Source of the DNA: Aeropyrum pernix K1
GTDB taxonomy: Archaea; Thermoproteota; Thermoprotei_A; Sulfolobales; Acidilobaceae
Direction of reading: 5' to 3'
Assembly: GCF_000011125.1 (NCBI RefSeq)
Contig: NC_000854.2
Span: 120,001-152,000, forward strand
DNA length: 32,000 nt
Shown here: positions 25,448 to 32,000 of the stretch, piece by piece
Layout of the letters: each line of letters starts with the position of its first letter
Position numbering within the stretch: position 1 is the first letter of the stretch
Made by a program: the position numbers and the translations under genes
The notes under the pieces: generated by a model
Told to the model about the DNA's origin: nothing
The model's input: the letters and a program-made list of their open reading frames with translations, nothing else
Database searches by the model: none

Positions 25448-26704
25448 GTGGGGATGAAGAGTTCTTTGACCGACGCTAGTGGTATGAGGAGGCTGAGCTA
25501 CGCTGACCCCCGGCCGGCCCTCTGGGTAGTCTCGCTTCTAATAGCCCTGGCGGCAGGTGTCTACACGGGTCTCTCGGCCTACGATACTGCTAGCTTCTTC
25601 GACAGTGTGGAGCCTAGGTATGTTAGCGACGAGATTTACTATGTGGACACCGCCCGCAGGCTTCTGCAGAACGTGTTCCAGGTAGACATCGATTATTATA
25701 GCTACAGTGGAAAGACGAGTGAAGATTATTATAACGCTGAGCACCCTCCCCTCGGCAAGTACATTATAGCCTTGTCCATGCTGCTATGCGGCGACCGTCC
25801 CCTTTGCTGGAGGCTACCATCAGTTGTTGAGGCGGGGCTGATACCGGTCATACTGTGGGCGGGGCTGGCTCTAGCCTACAGGGGAGTTCTGGGGCCTGTA
25901 GCCGGGGCTGCCGCAGCACTTGCAGCAGCGTCAGACCCCGTCCTCAGGGTGATGGGTTCGGTGGCTATGCTGGACATACACCAAGCATTCTTCACAGCAC
26001 TGGCAATAGCCCTCGCCGCCAACAGGAGGTTCATCCCGGCTATCTCGGCGGCAGGCTTGGCAGCGTCAGTGAAGATGAGCGGCGGCGCTATTGTGTTAGC
26101 CACAGCAACCGTTGCAGCCTCCTGGGCTCAGGGAAGTATTTGGCGTAGACTCGCTGTATTTACCGCTGGCTTGCTGATAGGCGGCTCCGTCTACATAGCC
26201 CTCTACGCCCCTCTTGTCCTGCATTTTGGGCCTATGTGGGTTATCGAGGAGACGATAAACGCTCTCAAGTGGCACACTACAAGCCGTCCTCCGGGGCCAC
26301 CCGCAAGCAGTGTGCTAGGGTGGATTATAAACAGCAATCCCTTCTACCTCAGCCTCGAGGGTAGGGTAATGGCTGCTGTCACAAACACCGTAGTCCACGC
26401 TACAGCCCTGGGCTTCGCGGCCATAGCTCTGCTTGCGGAGCTCTTGGAGAGGAGGGGTAGGCCTAGCTGGCCAGGGGTTGCCCATGTCTACATGCTATTC
26501 ATCCTAATCCTATACACAGCCGTATATCTTGCAGGGAATAGAACCCTATACAGCTTCTACAGCGTACAGCTAACACCAATAGCCGCAGCTGTAATAGGGG
26601 AGGCCACAGCGGCGATGCTCACTTGGAGATGCCGTGCTGACAAGCATGCACCGTCCCCAAGCACTGAAGGATATGCCCCCGAAGCCTCCCCCAAGGGAGA
26701 ATAG
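25448..26704 (+). CDS. GT-C fold membrane glycosyltransferase (PMT/ArnT-like, GT39-type)
   Basis: 418-aa polytopic protein. The first extracytoplasmic loop carries DEIYY...A and EHPPLGKY motifs typical of dolichyl/undecaprenyl-phosphate-sugar dependent glycosyltransferases. Confidence 0.5.
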   Translation: MGMKSSLTDASGMRRLSYADPRPALWVVSLLIALAAGVYTGLSAYDTASFFDSVEPRYVSDEIYYVDTARRLLQNVFQVDIDYYSYSGKTSEDYYNAEHPPLGKYIIALSMLLCGDRPLCWRLPSVVEAGLIPVILWAGLALAYRGVLGPVAGAAAALAAASDPVLRVMGSVAMLDIHQAFFTALAIALAANRRFIPAISAAGLAASVKMSGGAIVLATATVAASWAQGSIWRRLAVFTAGLLIGGSVYIALYAPLVLHFGPMWVIEETINALKWHTTSRPPGPPASSVLGWIINSNPFYLSLEGRVMAAVTNTVVHATALGFAAIALLAELLERRGRPSWPGVAHVYMLFILILYTAVYLAGNRTLYSFYSVQLTPIAAAVIGEATAAMLTWRCRADKHAPSPSTEGYAPEASPKGE

Positions 26705-26788
26705 ACCCCTTCCATTACACTGGGTGTATGCTAGCGCACCCTGTTTAAGTGGGCCGGGCGTCCCTGCTAGTCTCCTGGGTGGCCGGTT

Positions 26789-27379
26789 ATGAGCGGTGAG
26801 AACGGGAAGGGTTGCAGGCCCTCAAGGGACTTTCTAAGGTATATAGCTAACAGGGTTATAGCAAGGTACGCTGCGAAGCTCCCGGCGAGCGTGGTAGAGG
26901 ATATTAGAGATATGCTGGGGCGTGGGGAGGATAAGTACAGGTTCTCCATATACGGGGGGGACCCCAGGAACATCGTAAAATATTTTGATAGCGAGGAGTG
27001 GCGCGACCTGGTTGAGTATGCGGCGAACACTGGGGCTCTAAGCATGCTTGTGGAAATACTCGACGCCCTTGCAGCCGAGTACAGGAGGGAGTGTCCCGAA
27101 GTTGCTGAGGCTGCGGAGAGAGAAGTAGAGAGGCTCAAGGCGGGGGAGGAGAAGCTTGGGAGGAGGGAGGAGCTGAGCCTCGAGAGGATCTACAGGATGC
27201 TGAGTCTCGCAGGCTATAGAGTCGAGTCCAAGGACGGGTCGCTGGAGGTGGATGAGGGTCTCATAAAGCTGATTATTAAGCTCGAAGGACAGACGCTGGA
27301 ATACACCATATGCAAGAGTGGGAGGTCTAAGACGCTTGAGGGGGTGCTCTCGAAGCTGAGTAAGATAAGAGAGCTCTAG
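26789..27379 (+). CDS. Hypothetical protein (196 aa, central coiled-coil-like acidic segment)
   Basis: The ORF has coherent composition but no recognisable motif. Its last 53 nt overlap the 3' end of the convergent reductase gene. Confidence 0.45.
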   Translation: MSGENGKGCRPSRDFLRYIANRVIARYAAKLPASVVEDIRDMLGRGEDKYRFSIYGGDPRNIVKYFDSEEWRDLVEYAANTGALSMLVEILDALAAEYRRECPEVAEAAEREVERLKAGEEKLGRREELSLERIYRMLSLAGYRVESKDGSLEVDEGLIKLIIKLEGQTLEYTICKSGRSKTLEGVLSKLSKIREL

Positions 27380-28433
27380 CAACCCCAAAAGCCACCGAAG
27401 GGTGGGTGAGAAGCCTAATCAGGTAAGTCGAGGTAACCTGGGCCCTAACAAACCTCTCCCAGAAGCTGGGAGGGAGACTCTTTAGGAGCCGTGAAGCCTC
27501 CCTAATACTGCTGCCCCTCACGATGGATAGAAGAATCTTGGACACTCTGACCTCGTCAGCCAATCCAGCACTGTATAGCCTATAGTAGGCGAGTATTTTA
27601 GACTCGTCCTCCAGGCCTGCGGAGGCTATAGCCCGTGCAAGGTGGAGGGCCGACAGCATGCCAGGCCTGTTACCCTCGCCCCCCGTTCTCAGGAGGAACC
27701 CTCCAGCCTCGCCAACCTTAAACACACCCTCGTGGTAGAGCCTGAGAGGGGCGAACAGCTGCATGGGCGCCCCCCTCCTGTCCACGGGCTCAAGTGTTGA
27801 TCCTAGGAGTGTTTTATGGAGCCGTGCAATCCTCATCTCCACCTCTCTACCACTCCATACACCCTCAAACCCGGCCCCTATGTTGACCAGCCTCCCTTCA
27901 CCGTCGGCTGGGAACACCCAGTACACTCCCCTATCCCTTACGTTGAAGTCGAGATAAACGGTGTCGGGCTCCCACTCCGCCTTTGAATATACTCTGTATA
28001 GGAAGACTGCATCCTTAACAGTATCAGCTAGAGGACCTCTAGCGTCAACAGACAGCCTCCCCCCTACAGGCCCCGGCCAGGATCCGGCCTTCAGTTCGGC
28101 GCCCTCAGCCTCGGCCATCTCCCTGAGTCTAGACACAAGGAGAGCCTTATCCACTATGGCCCAGGGTGGAGGTTTTAAGCTGAGATCCTGCACCACCTCG
28201 CCGTTAACCGCTATAATATAGCGAGTGACAAGCGTCACCACAGAGCGTGTAGCCCTAGCAATTTCTTCCGTGAAAGGCTTCAATGTTAACGCGTCGCCGC
28301 AGGCTTTCCTGTAACCCCGAGCTACGTCAAACGCCTCAACCCTAAATCCCTCACGAGCCAGCAAGTAGGCGAGTGTGGCTCCAGAGACCCCTAAACCCCC
28401 TATTGATACGGCGGTCAAACCCTCTATACCCAA
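27327..28433 (-). CDS. FAD-dependent oxidoreductase, geranylgeranyl reductase family
   Basis: N-terminal dinucleotide fold VSIGGLGVSGATLAYLLAREGFRVEAFD (GxGxxG...E/D). Its 368-aa size and a later GEAGG segment resemble GGR-family flavoproteins. TTG start with a TATA-like box at 28460-28468. Confidence 0.5.
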   Translation of the reverse strand: MGIEGLTAVSIGGLGVSGATLAYLLAREGFRVEAFDVARGYRKACGDALTLKPFTEEIARATRSVVTLVTRYIIAVNGEVVQDLSLKPPPWAIVDKALLVSRLREMAEAEGAELKAGSWPGPVGGRLSVDARGPLADTVKDAVFLYRVYSKAEWEPDTVYLDFNVRDRGVYWVFPADGEGRLVNIGAGFEGVWSGREVEMRIARLHKTLLGSTLEPVDRRGAPMQLFAPLRLYHEGVFKVGEAGGFLLRTGGEGNRPGMLSALHLARAIASAGLEDESKILAYYRLYSAGLADEVRVSKILLSIVRGSSIREASRLLKSLPPSFWERFVRAQVTSTYLIRLLTHPSVAFGVARALLSYSASRAPPQAS

Positions 28434-28525
28434 TGAGGCTTAAAGACCCCCGACACAGATATATTAAGCGTAAAAAGGGTTTGGAAGGCCGTAGAGCCTT
28501 AGAACGCTCTTCCGGTGCTGAAACC

Positions 28526-28954
28526 ATGGTCAGAGTTAAGCTGGAGAGATCAGTCAGTAGTAGCGGCAGGCACGAGGAACTAAAAATAGCCTATGTTGTC
28601 AGCCGCTCCGGAGTCAGGCCTCTGAGAATAGGCCCCGGTGCAAAGCCCACGAAACCTACGTACGCTAGGGGTTCGGCCTATGAGATGGAGGTGAGCCTTT
28701 CCGAGGGCGAGTACCTCGTTGCTATACGGCTCAACAGAAACTTCCTTGGCATGCTTAAAGGAGAGATTAGGGTTATAGATTGGCGAGGTCGCGAGGTCCT
28801 CAGGCTAGTACTCAGAAAGAGGAAGCTAAGGCTATCGGAGGGCGATCCTTCCCTCGCCTGGACAGCATGGGCTGCTCTGAAAGCGGCAGGGCTCGACAAG
28901 CTCGTGAGAAAATCTCAAGTTAATAACCTAACGGATATAGAAGCTTCCTCATAG
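28526..28954 (+). CDS. Hypothetical protein (142 aa)
   Basis: I trimmed the track ORF 28373..28954 to the ATG at 28526. The upstream 51 codons overlap the divergent reductase gene and the shared TATA region. No motif recognised. Confidence 0.4.
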   Translation: MVRVKLERSVSSSGRHEELKIAYVVSRSGVRPLRIGPGAKPTKPTYARGSAYEMEVSLSEGEYLVAIRLNRNFLGMLKGEIRVIDWRGREVLRLVLRKRKLRLSEGDPSLAWTAWAALKAAGLDKLVRKSQVNNLTDIEASS

Positions 28955-29163
28955 CCTTACAACAGAGGAAACTATCAAGTATCAAACCCCGCCTTCCCAT
29001 CCCTCATAGGCATAGGGAAAGGGTGCTCCCGGCTGTCTCAAGCCTAGTCTAGACTAACACACATACACGATAATCGCGCTTACGTGGTATGGTTAAAATA
29101 GGTTTATGCCTGGGTGGCTAACGTCCACCGTTTTATCGAGTTTATGGGGAGCGAGATGCCCCT

Positions 29164-29967
29164 CTAGTGTAAACCTGCTATCAATATGATCGACTCTGTA
29201 ACATAGGCTAGAGCTATCCCGAGGAACAGTGACGACCAGAAGGATGGGCTCGAGAGACCGCCTAGGCGTGACAGGGCAGAAAGGTTTATGTGCAGCATTG
29301 CGTAGACTATGGATGCTGCTGCTACAGTATAGAGGGTAGCTATAGCTAGGCCAGGGAGGTTCGAGCCTAGATAGTAGACCATAGCTCCTGGAACAACAGG
29401 TAGCCCCGCGAGGAGGGAGAGACCGATGATAGTGCGGAGCCCCGTTCTCTTCTTTTCACCAGCCAGTGGGGCGGCTATGGGGAAGCCTTCGGTGTAGTTG
29501 TGTATAGCAAAGCCAACCGCAAAGAGGATTGCTAGGGATACCTTACCCTCGATTAGCGAGGCAGCTATGGCTAGGCCTTCCCCCAGATTATGCAGTCCGA
29601 GTGCGGAAGCCACAGTCAGAGATACCATAAGCCCGGGTGGAGCCCTCACCAAGGTAGAATAGCCTCTCTCAACGTAGGAGAGGAGAAGCCAGGTTCCTAG
29701 AAGAGCGATGCTGGTTACCATAAGACCTGCCAAGAAGCTGTCCAGCGTTTCTCGAGTCGCAAACTGCTCAACATACGCTGCACTCTCGTGCCCTGTCTCC
29801 AAGGCTAGATAGGCTAGAACTCCTCCTGCCAGCGCGTTCAAAACGCCCTGGCCCCTCCGGCCAAGCCTCCTCCCAACTACTATATACGTGAGGGCTCCGA
29901 ACGTCACGGTTATGCCGGCTACTAAGCCGAGCAGTATTGGTGTAATAGCGGGATTCATTAGATACAC
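29164..29967 (-). CDS. ZIP-family divalent metal transporter (ZupT/GufA-like)
   Basis: Paired signature helices HNLGEGLAIA and HNYTEGFPIA. 267 aa with about 8 TM segments. Confidence 0.7.
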   Translation of the reverse strand: MYLMNPAITPILLGLVAGITVTFGALTYIVVGRRLGRRGQGVLNALAGGVLAYLALETGHESAAYVEQFATRETLDSFLAGLMVTSIALLGTWLLLSYVERGYSTLVRAPPGLMVSLTVASALGLHNLGEGLAIAASLIEGKVSLAILFAVGFAIHNYTEGFPIAAPLAGEKKRTGLRTIIGLSLLAGLPVVPGAMVYYLGSNLPGLAIATLYTVAAASIVYAMLHINLSALSRLGGLSSPSFWSSLFLGIALAYVTESIILIAGLH

Positions 29968-30238
29968 CCGGCTAGGTAAAAGTAAACCATCTAGATAAAC
30001 TATTTAACAACGTTAAAATCAATAACCAATCTATAGAAGTTATTCGGGATAGAACGGCATTCAAACAGACCCAGACGAGTTAAGTCTCAATAACCATGGC
30101 GAGACACTGTTATAGCCTGTTCTCCCACTTCTTATCCCATAGTTTTACAAGTCTAACGCTTTTCATGAGAGCACAAGCCGCTTCAAAGCCCCAAACCTCC
30201 GCTGCAGGAAACAGTTCGTTCTAATAGGCTTGGGATGG

Positions 30239-30360
30239 TGGTGGGCCCGCGGGGATTTGAACCCCGGACCACGGGGTCCCGAGTCGGGCGGAGCCTCCCG
30301 CCCTCCAGCGGGACCTTCTGCTCCGTACCCCGCATCCTAGCCAGGCTAGACGACGGGCCC
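30239..30360 (-). tRNA. tRNA-Pro(CGG) with a 44-nt intron at a non-canonical position (before nt 32); CCA encoded
   Basis: The minus strand reads GGGCCCG-TC-GTCT-AGCCTGGCTA-GGAT-G-CGGGG-[44 nt]-CTCGGGA-CCCCG-TGGTC-CGGGG-TTCAAAT-CCCCG-CGGGCCC-A-CCA. The cloverleaf closes only if 30327..30284 is removed. A TATA-like CTTTATGG lies about 26 nt upstream of nt 1. Confidence 0.8.
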
Positions 30361-30412
30361 CCGCTTGCTAGTATCCGGTCCGGCCATAAAGATGGTTAGA
30401 GCGGCTAGAGGC

Positions 30413-30973
30413 TTAAAGGCTTCTCCCCAAACTTTCCCTACGAACCTCTGCTATACACTCTGGGGGTACCCAGTCAACAGTGTAGACTGTCTTCGACATC
30501 CTCTCGACCTTGAGCCCCCTCCTTCTTAGACACTCAACATCTACCAGGAGAACAGCGACTAGATTGCCGTGCCTTCTGCCGGTTGATACAGCATCTTCAA
30601 GAGAGCTTGTGAGGTGGACTTTTAGCCTCCTACCCCTCATTATACCCCTCTCCATAATCAACGGTAGCGCCTCCTCGGTTGTACCGTGATAGAGTATCGG
30701 CGGAGGCTCGCCGGGGAGAGGCTCCACATTAACGGGTATCGAGTGCCCATAGCGCGCCCTAATCTCCCCATTCCTCAGCTCATACCTCCCCTTAGGGTCG
30801 TGGAGGGCCACGCCCACTATGTGCCACTCTTCCACCCAGCTCCATCCAGCCTTTCTCAACCCCTCGACAACCTCGCTAACCCTGGCCCACCCTTCTCGAG
30901 TTAACCTGACACCATACCTCCCAGGATGGTGCCGCAGTATGCCTGCCAGGGTCTTGCTTAGCCTTACGCGCAT
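30413..30973 (-). CDS. kptA: RNA 2'-phosphotransferase KptA/Tpt1
   Basis: LSKTLAGILRHHP..YG, RYGHS, LYHGT and VHLTS correspond to the Tpt1 catalytic R-H-R-R tetrad regions. I start at Met71 of the track ORF (30413..31183). The upstream 70 codons overlap the divergent gene and look non-coding. Confidence 0.8.
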   Translation of the reverse strand: MRVRLSKTLAGILRHHPGRYGVRLTREGWARVSEVVEGLRKAGWSWVEEWHIVGVALHDPKGRYELRNGEIRARYGHSIPVNVEPLPGEPPPILYHGTTEEALPLIMERGIMRGRRLKVHLTSSLEDAVSTGRRHGNLVAVLLVDVECLRRRGLKVERMSKTVYTVDWVPPECIAEVRRESLGRSL

Positions 30974-31116
30974 ACCCCCAGGCAACACTGCTCTAGCCTT
31001 ACACCGGCAGTTGCTCCTACCCTCCACTACGGTGCCATCGCAACATAGAGCAAGCTCGGGGAGCTCCTCCGCCACTCCTCCCCCCAGTATTTCTAGGCTC
31101 GGCTGGGAGAATAGAG

Positions 31117-31524
31117 TTGTTGGGGTTGGAATGGATGGGTGGTGAGGGTCCTGGTAGCGACGATATTGTGAAGAAGATGGCACAGCTTATGATGCAGGGG
31201 GCTGTAATGCTGGATAAGACGTGTCCTGCAGACGGTCTCCCCCTCTTCAAGCTCAAAACGGGGGATGTGGTCTGCCCTGTCCACGGGAAGGTTGTGATAG
31301 TGGCCAGTGACGAGGAGGCGAGAGACGTAGAGGTGGAGGAGATAATAAGGGAGGTTAGGTACAGGGCGGCCAGGAACGTTATGAAGGGTCTTGAGGAGGA
31401 CAATGTGGACACGGTCTCAAAATGGCTAGGTGTTTTGGAGACAGCCGAGAGAATTCTTGCTATAAGGCGAGGAAGCCGGCAGGGCCAGGGGAGCGTTAGA
31501 GGAGAGGGGAGAGAGTCGAAATAG
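31117..31524 (+). CDS. UPF0148 / Auto_anti-p27 family zinc-ribbon-like protein
   Basis: LMMQGAVMLDKTCPADGLPLFKLKTGDVVCPVHG matches the family core (GA.ML...CP.CG.PLF....G...CP.CG). The start could be 31117, 31135 or 31177. Confidence 0.6.
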   Translation: MLGLEWMGGEGPGSDDIVKKMAQLMMQGAVMLDKTCPADGLPLFKLKTGDVVCPVHGKVVIVASDEEARDVEVEEIIREVRYRAARNVMKGLEEDNVDTVSKWLGVLETAERILAIRRGSRQGQGSVRGEGRESK

Positions 31525-31605
31525 GGTGAACCCCTGTTTTAACCCAGACGCGATAAAGTATATTCTCTAGGGCTGGGGAATTCTGCCTACAGCGCGGGTG
31601 TTTAT

Positions 31606-32000
31606 ATGCAGGGATTAACAGACTGCATAGACGCCTTGGACATAGCTAGGGCGGTGAGAGTAGAGGGAGTATCTGCTCGCTTAGCCGGTGAGGGGAGGGG
31701 AGAGGCTAGCGGGGAGAAAAGGCATAAGATAGAGGTTCTGGTGAAAGACCCCTCATCGCCGAGTATAGACGAGATGCCCCTACTTTCTGCCCTTAGGGTT
31801 GCTTTCGCCAAGTCGGGCCAGCTTCTGGTTCTTAGGCCTTACGAGAAAGAGGCGGCCCCGAGGGAGGACGTTTTGGCGGGGTTGCTGAGGAGTCTCGTCG
31901 AGGAGGGTAAGCCTTTCGTAGCTATAGTGCCTAGCCTACTAGCGGTGGGACTGGCCTCCCGCCTCCCGGCGAGAGTTATAGACGCACTGGAGAGTCTTAG
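31606..32000 (+). CDS. Hypothetical protein, 5' partial (runs off the window)
   Basis: I translated this by hand. ATG at 31606 is followed by 131 sense codons to the window end (MQGLTDCIDALDIARAVRVEG...VIDALESL). A TATA-like AAGTATATT lies about 45 nt upstream. It is absent from the ORF track, presumably because no stop is reached. Confidence 0.45.
   Translation, partial: MQGLTDCIDALDIARAVRVEGVSARLAGEGRGEASGEKRHKIEVLVKDPSSPSIDEMPLLSALRVAFAKSGQLLVLRPYEKEAAPREDVLAGLLRSLVEEGKPFVAIVPSLLAVGLASRLPARVIDALESL

Noticed and set aside
23990-29029. Shared 10-mer GGGTGCTCCC at about 23991-24000 and about 29020-29029, and the 9-mer GGCCGTCTC at about 9910 and about 24011.
   Set aside because: Hundreds of repeated 10-mers are expected by chance in 32 kb, and the flanks do not extend the similarity.
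29968-30238. Replication origin in the AT-rich island, prompted by the nearby replication genes.
   Set aside because: There are no ORB or mini-ORB-like dyad repeats and no flanking orc1/cdc6 gene. The island is adequately explained as a promoter and terminator spacer.

Overview
This is a GC-rich (roughly 55-60%), about 90% coding segment of an archaeal chromosome. The gene content points to a hyperthermophilic crenarchaeon of the Desulfurococcales, Aeropyrum-like. That assignment is my inference from protein signatures, not a database hit. Supporting signatures are class I LysRS, PCNA, a gins-mcm-hel308 run, a pgk-gap operon, ribosomal protein L38e, NAC, a beta-CASP RNase, KptA, intron-containing tRNA genes with encoded CCA, TATA-like boxes about 25 nt upstream of starts, and many TTG/GTG starts.

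The window is core housekeeping DNA: replication, glycolysis, a molybdenum-cofactor operon (mobA-mobB-moeA), translation and transporters. I found no CRISPR array, transposase, integrase, toxin-antitoxin pair or recognisable defence cassette, so I do not claim a new protein system here.

The most interesting content is non-coding and sits mainly in an ORF-poor gap at 23386-24239:
- a textbook C/D box sRNA (23554-23607, minus strand);
- a nested-hairpin element (23406-23482);
- a roughly 245-nt GC-rich structured RNA candidate (23952-24196, minus strand) with RNase P RNA-like P4/CR-I features but an atypically small size.

Other points worth a second look:
- a tRNA-Pro whose intron must sit at a non-canonical position, 52 nt downstream of kptA;
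- an aldehyde-dehydrogenase-fold protein that has lost the general-base Glu motif;
- seven convergent gene pairs whose 3' ends overlap by up to 53 nt;
- several structured or AT-rich intergenic spacers.
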